In this document: piece after piece, positions 34,237 through 46,471 of the stretch
Position numbering within the stretch: position 1 is the first letter of the stretch
How the letters are laid out: the number at the start of each line of letters is the position of its first letter
NCBI GenBank assembly: GCA_973895155.1
Contig: OZ316895.1
Location: forward strand, 186,001 to 250,000
Reading direction: 5' to 3'
Source of the DNA: Marsupella aquatica
Lineage: Eukaryota; Plantae; Marchantiophyta
DNA length: 64,000 nucleotides
Translations under genes and position numbers: made by a program
The notes under the pieces: generated by a model
The model's input: the letters and a program-made list of their open reading frames with translations, nothing else
What the model was told of the DNA's origin: nothing
Databases searched by the model: none

Positions 34237-37200
34237 ATGGATGCCTCAACTGATAATCCAGAAGCTCCTAGAACTTCTACTCTTGAGCTAGGAGAAATGG
34301 AGATAGTTACAGTCCCAGACCCTGTTCTCCCTCGTAGCAGCAGAGTCCGGTCCACTAGCAAACCAACCACGTATGTCTCCCAAGCTACAGATCGTGCTTC
34401 TCCCGACTCTCCAGCTCTTGTAGAGAGTATCAAAACTTCAAAACCAAAGACTAAGGTGGAGCCGCCTCTAGAGCCATGGGATCCTAAAGATTATGTGAAG
34501 GACGCAGAGTATTTCCATGTCACATTTGGTCTTCCAAATGAAGGTGTTAATCCTCATAAGATCAAAGACATTTCGAAGGAGCAATTGGCCAAAGTGTTTG
34601 GAGAGAAAGACAGGAATGGGTATAAGTTGAGTCTCTGTGTGGGCCTCCCAATTGAGGAGGTTTTGCAGCTATCCCAAGTCGTGGATGGTTACGATGCACC
34701 AGTGAATGGATTCTTGTCTTTCACTTTCATCAAAGGGGCATATGCAGAAAGGATCCAAAGGCGAAAGGTGGACTGGTGTGTGTATGCGGTGTCGAAGCTG
34801 AAGGGGCAAATTGCCCAATGGGAGCGAGATGGCAAGGGTAAGCCAGATGGGCCTCCTTGCGTTAGGAGGTTGCGTCTGTATTTGCCACCAGTGCCTCAGG
34901 AATTTAGTGAAGATACTCATAATCAGGTTAGGAAAAAGATTTGTATCAAGCATCAAGCGCCAAGGGGCAAAGCTCATCCGGGGACAGCCAATTCAGGAGC
35001 GGATTTTGGTAGCAAGGGAAGCGCACACGAGAGCGCACATCCCAAACCATTGGAGGCTGCCCTTTCTGCCCCCGCAACAACGCTTCTCCCTGCCAAGCCT
35101 ATTTCTCCTGTTGTCCCTATAGTGCCAAGAAGTCTTTTGCTTGCTATTCTGGATGGGCAAATAGTCACGATCAAATGCAGTCTTAGAGACACCCATGAGA
35201 GCATCAGTAAGGTTCAGAAGACTCTGCAAGACTTGGAGGCAGCAAACAAGGATCATCCAAAACTCAGCTCTGGTCTGGTGGACCAACTTCAGAAACTACA
35301 GCAAGAATTGCAAGATGTGAGAATCAAAGTGAAGGCCGCAGACACCTTGTATGATGACATGTCAACGGAAATAGAGCTTGAGGAGCTCAAGGGAGAGCAA
35401 GATGAGGAGGTACAATGTCAGACCTGTCCCTGTGTCCATCAAACTATCTGTAGGCTGGATATATATGTTTAGTTGAGATGTTGGATTCAATTTAGCAGGA
35501 CGAGGCATTGATGCATTGACGACGAGCTGCAAATAATGTTGTCGTGTGCATATATTTTTTGGGGTGGGCAGGAAAGCTATGTTGTTATCCTGCAACAGAA
35601 GTTGGAGGAGGGTAACAAGGCCATGGAGGCTTTGAAGGAATCTGAGTCATTTATCCTAAAGGGGATGGCTACATTTGAGAAGCTCATTGAGACCAGGAAG
35701 AAGCGCTTTGAACAGTTACCACACAAGGTGGCTCGTTTGAAAGTTGTGGAATCACAGTTGGAAGGACATGTGAAGCGTTTGGAGTTGGCTGCAGCAGCTC
35801 AAAAGGCTGAATTGTCCATTTTGGAGCCTGTGTTGTCCAATCCATGTCCAACATTGCAGCTTCGATTTGTTCCCACATCAACTACGATAGTGGGAACTGA
35901 AGTGTTCGTGAGTAATTGTCCAGTTTGTTGCCACGGGTATCATTGTTTCAATTGGGTTCCAGCAAGTTGTGGCCACGCCTATCATCCGCATTGTTGATTT
36001 ACCTTGTTGGGGGATAAAACAAGGACAAGTTGTTGCTTTGCTTGTGGGGAACCCTTTTGTGAAGATTGGATTCGAAGTTGGGGTCTTCCAAAGAGAGCGG
36101 TAGACAAGCTGCCGTCAGGTGAAGGCTCCTATATTCAGGATTTGAAGGCAACATATGGGGCTAACAGTGCCCAATTGGGCACATGTCGTCACCTTTTGCA
36201 ACAGATGCAGTCCACGCAAGCAGTGGTATGTGTATAACCAGACTAGGCCTGCAGGTCATGTTTAGGTAGTTGGACAGTTTGAGTTTTTAGTTGGGCCATT
36301 AAGTGAATGTCGTCATTGTGTGTGCAGGAACAAGCCGAGGTCCAAGCAACTGTGTTGTTGAACAATGTGGACCACACTAGTGTGGTGCATGAACAAGGTG
36401 CCCCTGTGGATGAGTCTCCTGAAATGCCAGTGTTCAATTCCACAGCAGCCATCGGACTGCATGTGAGGAAGAAATAGAAGCAGGAGAGTGAAGTAGCTAG
36501 CAAGGTGACCAGTACCCCATTGACATCTCTTGAGCTTGGCACCTTGCCCTTCACTCCTGAGTCTCGCTCTCATGTTTCATTCAGGCAACTGTTGAGCCTT
36601 GTTCAAACTGAAGCAGGAGAAACATCTCCTCCATAGTCCAGGAGTGCAATCCAATCCCAAGTTGTTCCTCGCAAGTCATCAATCTCCAGGAAAAGATTGC
36701 AACTTCTTGTGAGAGACCCGTAGCAAAAGGAAGAAGGTTTTTCTCTGGGTGCTGTAAACTGAATAATATAGAAAATCGTTTTATGTGCAGCAAACTAAAT
36801 CAGGGCGGAAAACAAGAGCCACTACTGTGAACTAGTTGTAGAGATCAAGCAGGTAACTATGGGTTTCCTACCTTGTGATGTTCTTTTGTCCTTTATTTGA
36901 TTGCCTTTGGTTGTCATTATGGTTTGTCACACTAGCAGGACTCGGACAACAAGGGCCAAGGAGTTCAAGTCCTTCTTAAGGACTTTCAGTTCTCGCTTGA
37001 GCACTTAAAGTCCTTCATAAGCACTTGAAGTCCTTATTGGAGTCGTGGGGCAAGGACTGGGAGTCCTTCGGCCATGACTAGGACTTGGAGTCCTTGGGTA
37101 GAGTCCTTGGGAAAGGACTAGTAGTCATTGGGAAAGGATACGGAGTCCTTGGGAAGAGTCCTTGGGCAAGGACACGGAGTCCTTGGGGAAGGACCCCGAG

Positions 37201-38033
37201 TCCTTGGGAAAGGACAGGAGTCCTTGGGAAAGGACACTTAGTCCATCGACAAGAACACTGAGTCCTTGGCTAAGTCCTTCGGTAAGGACTCTAAGGATTT
37301 ACCAAGGACTTGGAGTGAGGAAGGACTTGAAGTCCTTGGGAAATCCTTGCAAAAGTCTGTCGAGTGAGAAAGTGCAAGAGTCTTTGGTTAGTTTGTTTGA
37401 TTCAAATTGTTGAATTCTTGATTTTGAGAATGAGGTGCTTCAGTTTTGCAGATGGAGAAGCTTAGCCTATATGATACTCTCCATGAGGTCAGGATTGATC
37501 AGATATGGGGTCTATGTGCTGGAGCCTTTACTTATGAAGGCTGTGGGGGAGTTTTGAGTGACGGCCGTCCCTGCACCTTGGGAAAGCACAAACGGAGGTT
37601 GAGAATGCAGAATCCTGAGTCACCTTTAGGTCCTCGATCACGCAACAGACTCCAGCACTCTTGTTCTAGGGATGGGGAAGGAACATACATGTATTGTTTT
37701 GCTGTGCAGGTTGGCGATGTGGTGCTTCAAGTGAATGAAGCTAATGGTCTGCAGTTGATGGGGATCTCGGGCCAGGACTATAGGGATTCTGATGATGAGA
37801 GGAGAGATGAGATCAGGGATCAGGTTTTGGCAAGGACTTGGATCATCAGGTATGTCAAGGGTGACAAGGGAGGAGATCTGCCTCGAGCATTGTACTTTGA
37901 AGAAATCAAAGTCGAGGCTCCAGCAGACGAGTCGTCTGTGGCCGAAGTTGGCCTTAGCAAGCTTAAGAATATTGTTGCTGACCTAGGGTCAGACATACTG
38001 GAGACATTCAGGTCTTTTAGCATCAAAAAGTAG
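34237..38033 (+). pseudogene. Multi-exon transposon accessory gene: PMD/plant-transposon-like core, coiled coil, RING-like finger, RPA1 C-terminal-like OB fold
   Basis: Exon 34237-35409 (TFGLPNEG...NGYKL...VDWCVY); exon 35572-36226 (CPVC...CGHAYHPHC*...CFAC); small exons ~36328-36852; last exon 37452-38033 (FTYEGC...C...C...YCFAVQVGD...LMGISG). GT-AG boundaries are present, with in-frame stops. Confidence 0.55.
36940..37385. repeat. Degenerate tandem array of GAGTCCTTGGG(A/C)AAGGAC palindromic units in the accessory-gene intron
   Basis: More than 15 GTCCTT/AAGGAC motifs at ~12-21 bp spacing. Confidence 0.85.
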
Positions 38034-39274
38034 GCAGTCAAACTATACAAGAGGAAGGGTTTCGGATGGCTGGGTTAAATCATCTGGTTTTGGATGATAC
38101 TTTGTTAGGGATTGAGGCCTTGTGAGCCTCGTTTTCATTGTAAGACTTTTTCTTACCAACCATGTATTCATCTCAGAATTTGGTGCCTGGTTACAATTTA
38201 CAGAGTTTGAAGAAAATCGCACATGTTATTCATGCCCACATTCATGTCTATTTTAATTGAGTGGTTTGGTCACAAAAGCTCCATACATTTCGACTTTTGT
38301 TTCCACTAGGATCCTGTCTACGTGTGGGTGCTGCAAATTCCTTGCGGGATAATGTCTAGCTTCAACATGGGACACTTCTCCAGACCCGCTTTACTTTGAA
38401 GTATTGGCAAAGTGCATTATTATGGTTTATGTGATTTTTTCTATTGTTCTTTAGTCATGGCGAGCAACAGAACCATGCGGGTGTCCCCAACGTGATCAAA
38501 ATTATTGCCCCGCCGGTGAAATATTGAATATGTAATATTGAGTACATGCAAAAATGATAATTTAACTCTCTCAATTGAGAGACAAAGTGCCTCAAAACCA
38601 ATAAAACTCCCACTGGGATAGATATTCAATATTGTCCTAGTAAAGCCCCTTCAGGGTCGGACGAGTAGAATGGGAAACCTTGGAAAGAACCTGAAGACAT
38701 CAAGTATTTAGGCGACAAGGAATCTGTTCATGGATATGGATGGATTTAGGGTTTGTGCTATGTAAGCACTTTTCTGCAATTTTATTGAGGCACTTTAGCT
38801 ACTCAGAAAAAGTCTTAAAAATTGTTAGCATAGAGATTGTAGATAGTAGAAGCCACGGCTTAAGATTCACCACTTTTGGAGTTTAGGATTAGAAGTGAAA
38901 AATAGTCAAAGATGATAGATTTGTATGTTTTGTCAAAAAAGTATAATGACACTTAGTCATTCCGACACTTTTGAGGGACACTACCATTACAGCAGTACTT
39001 ACACAATGTTACTGGTTCTGCCTGACGGGTTGTGACCAACCATTGTTGATGCGAAAATGAAATGAAGGTGAAAAATAAGTCAATGCGCGCCTTACATTAA
39101 ATCTTTGAACAATTTTACAGTTCCATAAAAACCAGCCTCGCCTACGAGACAGAATTCTTGGAAATCTTCATGTAAGACAAAACTAGCCTCACCTACGAGA
39201 CTGAAACTTTGGATATCCTCATCACACACATCCAGAACCTACAGAACCTACACCTGCAGCGAGTCTTACAGAAC

Positions 39275-40627
39275 CTACACCTGCAGCGAGTCATAAATGG
39301 CTTCTATAGTGTCTGAGTCTAGTGTGTAAAATCTAGCACCTCGTCCCTTGCCTCCCTTGGGCACGTCACATGGTGTCAAACCAAATCGAATGTGAATGAC
39401 TTCCCCTGGGTGGCAGTAGCTGAAAGGAGAAGCAGAATTGAAGACAAACTTGTTTTCAGATCCTGGATATGGTTGGAACCACCTCCCCTTTAAGGCCATG
39501 TCCCCTGCCTTGAATTGTACCTGGTACCCATCAGCAAAACTCTTTGTGACTGTGTGGAGCACCTCTTCGCACTGATAAATGTAGAAATCTACATTATCTT
39601 GATTCGGTTGACAAGCACGACATGCATAGAAATCTCCCAATTGGACACATTCTGGCAGAGAGATGTTGTGAAGCAGTCCTTCACCCTCTCCGATGTTCTG
39701 TACATTAGGTCTGACATCTGCCTGCAATACCCCTTTGACCATCTCTAGGCGATACTTGCCCACCCATTCCTTGTTCTCACAATTCATTGGATCATCATCA
39801 ACACAAGCTACACAAAAACAACTGAGCTCTCGAACTTGCAACAATGTTGACAAACTCTTACTAAATCCATCAAAGCAGTGCAAAGATCTACAATCCTTGA
39901 GTGGATCACAATCCCACTTCTTCCTTCTGTTTACAGTGCCAACTGGAATTTCCCAAAAAACACGTTGAACGAGTTGCACATCACCATACTCTTGCAATTG
40001 ACCAACGACAAACTTGTCTTTGCAAAACTTACCACATCTGATGCACCCTCCAGACGATGACCATTGATGCCTTTCAGTTGCTCAGTTGCAAGCCCGGTCT
40101 TGATGTGACCTCCGAGAGCATCCTATTACAGCATACCAGAAACACAAATTAGAAGTCTCTTCGGTGTGCAAGTCTGGACATCCAACTCCATTAGAAACTT
40201 ACTACACTTCAGTTGAAAGGCGGGTATTCACAGAATTGGTTGCAAAGTGTGTTCAAAAGATACTCACAGCAACACCCTTCCCATGGCCAGAGGCATGGAA
40301 GAACCATTTCATCCGTGCACCAAACCTCGAGTAGTACCTACTGACGTAATAAAATGGTCTGCAGGCCTTGAACTGAGAGGCAGCCCCATCAGACCAAACC
40401 CAATGTTGATCAACATGAATGCCCTGATCAGCCATCCACTCCCAATGTGCATCCATGCAATGTTGCACAAAAAGAGTGTCATGACAGTTATCGTCACTAA
40501 TGTAGAAATGGTAATCGGCTATAATATCACGAGTCCTATCAGCATTTTGTGCTGCTTGCACAGGCCTACCCACTGCAGCTTCAAGTGAATCGGCATCTTC
40601 CCTATGTCTATAGGTAACATGGATTAA
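39275..40627 (-). pseudogene. DDD transposase C-terminal half (Sola2-like), two exons
   Basis: ISDDNCHD...WSDGAASQFK...WFFHASGHGKGVA | intron 40267-40123 (GTGAGT...TAG) | DALGGHIK...RELSCFCVAC. The 5' part is removed at 40628 by an LTR insertion. Confidence 0.75.
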
Positions 40628-40907
40628 TGTGACACGGGTAACGTGTCACTTGACCGAACCCAGGTCGTAGATTAGGACTTATACGGTCATTAGGACCGTA
40701 GCCATAGCGTAGAATAGCACGTATAGCCGTCAAGTTGCCATTATGATTAGATTAGGAGTAGGTTAAGATAACCGAATAATTACGAGTTCAGGAAAGGGAT
40801 TATTACGCACGACCGAGGTACGGTGGCGGCAGCGGAGTAAAAATCAGTTAGAAGAATCACGCTTGGACCGAGGCGCCGACTTCAGCTCGTTATCAATGAC
40901 CAAACGA
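40628..40907. mobile_element. Terminal fragment of a third LTR family (starts TGTGACAC)
   Basis: Abruptly interrupts the transposase, has a TGTGAC terminus like family B, and is fused to a family A fragment at ~40908. Confidence 0.5.
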
Positions 40908-42180
40908 GCTGAAGCCATTCTTTGTTGATGAGTTCATCGAGGCCATCGTTATCTTTGTTGATGGTCCTGGGAACGATCGGAACTCCTTGTCAGGTAAGGT
41001 CTTCCTGGTATCAACCTTGGTCTTATTACCCATCGGCAAGTCAAACACCTCGGCAATCACCCGGGGAGTGAGATAGAAATCCTTCCCATACACCCTCGTG
41101 GAATTGGTCTCGGGTTCCCATGATCCCACAAATTCTAATAAGTCTGAGTCCGGCACCTCCGGCTTCAGCCATGGTAATCTTACAAAGGCTTCCAAGCCGG
41201 ATCCGGCCATGAAGCCCTGGTACTTCTTGGTCTGCATGGGCGTAAAATATGCATCCTCCTCCCGTGCAAAATGTAATTGCACTTCCTCTGGTAGGGTCGC
41301 CGCCCAGCCTTTCCAGGTGTCATCCTTTGTTGGAATGGCATTGATGGGATCGACCTCCTCCTCTTGGGCTTCTCCCTGCCTCCTGTTCTGCTGCTCTGCT
41401 CGCTTCCTTGGTGCCGCCGACCTTGTTCTTTTTGCCGGGGTGGCCTCTTCGTTGTTGTTTCCTTTCCTCTTCATCTCGGCTGCCGTGGATGTTTCTCCTA
41501 GCACAGTTGCCTTCGTCCACCCCTCTGTGCTACCCTTCAACTCCCAGTGCACGTCGTTGCAGCGGTTGATGGCTTCCCGAATGCCGACGATTCTATCTTC
41601 GCAAAACAGAAGGTCATCGAGCTGATTGGCAGTAGGAGTCCACAAGAACTCGGCCTTGATGAGTTCTCCTCCTAAGAAGGCAGACTTTTGCAACTCCCAC
41701 AATCGAGCGAGCTCTTGCCGTTCTCGAGCTGCTCTCTCCGATTCTTCATCCTTGTAAGTCCTAGTGTACTTAGTTGCCCGTTCGAACAGGCATCCCCAAA
41801 AATGTGCCGCTTGATTGACATTGCTCATACCCTCCTTGAGTCGATCGTTGGTATCTGCTCCGGCCCAGAGTGCTTGCCTAAGCAATTGACAGTAGTTGGC
41901 CTTCCGTAGTCGTCTGCCCAGTTCGTGCTTGCAAATGAGCCACCATTCCTCGCGAGCGGTCCTTACCCCTCTCCTCCTCTAGTCTTTCCCCCCGTTGGTT
42001 ACCCCTAGCCGCCGATGCTTAGTGCGCCCTAACCCTAATCGTGTTCTCTCCCCCGGTGTCCTTACCTCCGGCCTCGGCCCGGGTTCCATAGTCACCCTTA
42101 ATTGTTTATATTTTCCTTGTTTTTGTTACTATACTAATGTGTTTATAGGGTACACCTCCATTTTCCCCACTTAACTGGCC
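40908..42180 (-). mobile_element. Family A giant LTR fragment (probable 5' LTR partner of A1)
   Basis: Nearly identical to 29490-30693, including subfamily-specific sequence (GTTACTATACTAATGTGTTTATAGGG). It flanks gag-protease in the same orientation as A1. Confidence 0.85.
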
Positions 42181-42290
42181 TAGCCACCTCCGTCTGCCCA
42201 GTTTGTATTCACTACAACCGCCTCAAGAAATACTATATGGACGAAGATGAAGTTGTTCGCGAGGACGCTTCACAATTAAGTGGGGAGCTA
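42181..42290 (+). other. Integrase C-terminus and polypurine tract of family A
   Basis: Translates IHYNRLKKYYMDEDEV (Gypsy integrase end, xHxxRLKxY). TTAAGTGGGGAGCTA directly precedes the LTR start TGTGATGCC at 42291. Confidence 0.7.
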
Positions 42291-42882
42291 TGTGATGCCT
42301 AGCCAGGAATCACTGGGCTAGTTTAAGGGGAAAAGGGAAGTGTACCCTAGAAACACCTTAGTATAGTTACATAAATAAGGAAAATATAAACAATTAAGGG
42401 TGACTATGGAACCCAAGCCGAGGCCGGAAGTAAGGACGCCAGGGGAGAGAACACGATTAGGGTTAGGGCACGCTAAGTGCCGGCGACTAGGGGTAACCAA
42501 CGGGAGGGAGAACCAGAGGAGGAGAGGGGTAAGGACCGCTCGCGAGGAATAGTAGCTCATTTGCAAGCACGAACTGAGCAGGCGACTACGGGCGGCCAAC
42601 TACTGTCAATTGCTTAGGTAAGCGCTCAGGGTGGGAACAGATACCGACTATCAACTCGAGAAGGGTATGAGCAACGTCAATCAAGCGGCATATTTTTGGG
42701 GATGCCTGTTCGAATGGGCAACTGAGTACATTGGGACTTACGAGGACGAAGAATCGGAGAGAGCAGCTCGAGAACGGCAGGAGCTCACCCGATTGTGGGA
42801 GCTGCAGAAAGCTGCCTTCTTAGGAGGAGAACTCATCAAGGCTAAATTCCTGTGGACGCCTACTGGCAACGAGCTAGACGAG
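42291..42882 (+). mobile_element. First ~590 bp of a family A 3' LTR, inverted relative to neighbours
   Basis: Near-perfect reverse complement of ~54803-55394. Confidence 0.9.
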
Positions 42883-45800
42883 CTGGTCCTGATCCTAATC
42901 CTAAACTTAGAGATCTGAGCCCGCCCTGCCCACTCATGCCTCCTCCCTCCACGTCCACCCTCCTTGAAAGGAGCGGCCTTCCACCACCGTCATGGCAACG
43001 GTGTCTGTTCCTTAGTGGACGCCCCCAATGCTTCCTCCTCAGCCACTGCCGTAGGTTCATTCTCTGACAGATTACCTGCCCTTGACTGAGTCAACTCTCC
43101 ATCGGCATCGGCTTCAACATCAGCCTCGGCTACGGCCTCAGCCTCGGCTACATTACCGAGTATCTTGGCCTCGGCTTTGTCATCCCCTTCTTCTAGGGTA
43201 GTTGGATCTTCTACCGTAACCCTGCCAGAGGTCGGTGCTGGGTTTACCTCCTTGGTGCTCACGACCTGTGGAGCCGTATTACTCCTTGACCCTGACGGTT
43301 TCCGCTTCTTCTTCTTTTCTGGTTCGGCAGCTGGCCCCTTCCCCTTCCCACTTACTTCCGGCACTAGTGCAAATGGCGCGGCTTGTCCTTCGGCCAGTAC
43401 CACTCCTGGTAACTTAGTGGCCTCAATTTGAGTTGGCCCTGATGAAGCCAAGCACTTAAATACTGCGGCTTGTTTCTTCAGCCGCTCCGTTTGGTTGTCG
43501 GCTCGTCGTTGTAAGTTCTCTAGCTTCCGCGTGCTTTCCTCCAACTCTTCCTGCACTTCGTCCAGGTCCTTGCGCGCCTCCTCTAGCTCCTTCTGGGCTT
43601 CCTCCAATTCCTTTTTAAACGTAGCTCTCTCCTCCCGGGTCGCTCTTAACTCCTTGTCGAGCTCTGCAATGATGACAGACTCCATCTGGTTCATCTTGGC
43701 ATAAGTCTGATCGAGCATATTGTCCTTCTCACGCAGGTCGGCTTTGAAGCTGGCCGTCAGGGACGCAAGCTCCTGCTGCAGCGCAATAATCTCTTGATAG
43801 GATTTCCCTAACTCGGCCTCCTTCTTCTCAAGGGCTCCGCGGATAACCTCGAGCTCCCCCTTCAATGCCCTTTCCCTTCTCTAGGTCTCCGCCATGGCCC
43901 GGTTGTTGGCTGTTATGTGGGCCTCCTCTGCATCCCTCAGCTCTCGCTTCCACTTCTCCTGCTCCTTGATCGCATCGGCCAACTCTCATTGGGTTCGAGT
44001 CAGTTTATTCTCGATAATCCGATTATCAGACTGTGCGGTATCCAATTGGCCCTGCATGATATTTAGCTCATGCCGCTTAATCTGCAACTCATCTTGGGCT
44101 TTCTTGGCCGCCCTGAGGTCTTTGATTTCGGCTTCCCTTGCCCTAAGCCGACGGATGACCTCGTCCTTCTTGCTTCTTTCCAAAGCCACCGCTTCTTCTA
44201 ATTGGCATTTCTCCAACATCTCCCTCTGAAAAAAGGGTCCTTGCTCCAACTCCTCCCCAAAGATGCTGAGCGCTAGCTCTCCACACATTTCCCCGTACTC
44301 CATGGCTCTATTTTTAGCATAGGTGGAGGAAGTAGAAGTCATCGACATCATCCACCGCGGCCTTTGTTCCCAAGCCGCCTTGCGGATCTCTTCTATTGTG
44401 GCTAGAGGGATGCTTCGTTTTTCTGCAAGCCGCCTGATGTCCTCTAGCCATTCTTTTCCTGGTAAATCCTTTTCCCTAGCCAGGGCTGCCTCCTCTTCTT
44501 CCCTGATTCGCTCCTGAAATTCCTGCGCCGTCTGTTTTATGCCGTCAAAGCTCGGGGGAGCGACATCTGGTGGGGGAGTGTCACGTCGTCGGCTTCGGCC
44601 TTAACTCAGACTTCAGCTTAGACGGGCACATCCCTCATAAATATGAGGGTTCGGGCAGGAAGGGAAGCACGTAATGCACCTTATTCTCGTAAACTAGCGC
44701 TAAGTGCGCATACTGCTAAATACGAACACCTCCTAGGTATGGTTTGTGTTCCGCCGCCGGAACGTATCTTAGTCGATAGCAAGATCGACCCTGACTTAAG
44801 GGCTTCTAAGCCTTCGTGTTGTCCGCCTTCGATCCGGATTCGATGATACAGGTCCTCAACCCGTGCTCGCAACCATTTACCCATAGGCTGCACCCTGTGC
44901 ACGTCTCGGGTAGTGCGTTCGGCCTGGCGCTGCCACCCATATACAAGAAACCCACACACATACACGCACACATGCATACAATCTCGATTTACACGAAGGA
45001 AAATGATGGGAAAGGATTTTACTACAAAGGAAATATATGCGTACACTTAGTTGACCCGACAGTCTCGGAATGAACAGGTTCAAGGCCGAGGGTGCACACT
45101 ACAATGGAGCCCGGCTCCGCACTCGCCCGGCGAGCTTAGTCCTACCCCCCCTTGGTACTCTTTCATTCCCAGAGGTCGGGACTCCCCGCACATACCGCGG
45201 ACGTCCAACTCTGAAACTAAAAACCCCCCTGCCTCTACCGAGGGGTGCACTAAATACTAAGGGCCGAGGGACGGGGTGTCCTCTCACCGAAGATTTGCTG
45301 ACTAAGGTCCTAACTAAGCTGACAGTCAGGCCGGAAACGGCTGTCTTATTAGAAGATCCTAATCTACGCAGGCTGGACAGCATGGCAGCGATGCTGTACC
45401 TAAGGCAGGTGCCTGTCCCAAGAGCCTGACTAAGCTAGTCCTAATCCTAATCTATTCCCGCTAATGCTTGGCACGCTTGCCAGAGCCGCCTGAATGGGAG
45501 CGGCCATCCCGCTGCCTTCGAAGCCTGTCATTGTCCGCCTTGAGGAGCTGGACCTGGTCCAATAGAGATTCGTTCTCTCACCTCGCCGCGTCCGTCTCCT
45601 CTGCTGCCTCCTGACATGCCTCCTCCAGCTACTGGGCGTCGCTCGTCAGTTTACCCGCCAGCTGGTCCTGCTTCTCGACCTTGGTTTGGAGCCGCGCCAC
45701 CTCGGCCTGCAGCGTGGCTATCTCCGCCGTGTCCCGCTGGGCCCGTTCCTCGGCCTCCTCCAGGTCTTTCTGCCAGGTGACAGTTTGATTCTTCAAACTG

Positions 45801-46471
45801 TCAATCTGGTTCCGGAGTCGTGTAATCTCGGCCTCGTTCCCAGCTTTGGCCTGTTCGGCTAGGGCGGTAAGAGCGTGCGCCTTTGCTAACAACTCATCGG
45901 TGGCTGCAACCTTGGGTCGTAGTTGCCGAAGCTCAGCCTCTTGAGCCGCAACTTCATTCTTTAGGTACACGGACTCCACCCGGTACCGCTCTATCCTCTG
46001 AAGGGCCTTTGACTGGGCCCGACCTGCCTTTACTGCGGCAACCAACTCCTGATTGAAGAAATAGGCTACCTTCCGGGCCATGAACTCCCCGGTATCCCGG
46101 GCAATTTGATGAGAGAAATCTCCCAGAAGCCCGTTCAGAAATGTACCCGGTACGAAGAGTTCCGGGTGGTCCAGGTTGTGCTTGTCCGGAGTTGGGCACG
46201 GGCAGACGTCAACACGCGCGGGGGCCGGGGCAGTGACGTCCAGCCCTGGGGACGTAACGTTGGAAGGGGCTGGAGCGTCCTCCTGTAGCAATGTCCGGTT
46301 CTCTGGAATAGCCACCGGTGGGTCTTTGGGAGAACCGGGCTCGGGTAAGACCTCCGCTGTACCGACTTTTGTACTTCGCCCGACCTGTTGGGTCGCATCA
46401 ACGGTTGCGACACCCGACCCATCCGGTACCTCCTCGGTTACGACTATAGCTACTTGTGGAGGTGGGGTGGG

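Larger units (their letters stand above)
33101..40627. mobile_element. Sola2-like DNA transposon, left ~7.5 kb, apparently inserted in gag
   Basis: gag homology stops at 33100, where GAGGACTACC... begins. AAGGACTCG/GAGTCCTT motifs recur near the end and internally, and the region holds a convergent accessory gene and transposase. The right end is lost. Confidence 0.5.

Noticed and set aside
36940-37385. Palindromic repeat array as CRISPR or a coding ORF (37162-37413)
   Set aside because: Irregular degenerate units with no unique spacers; the ORF is a by-product of the repeat.
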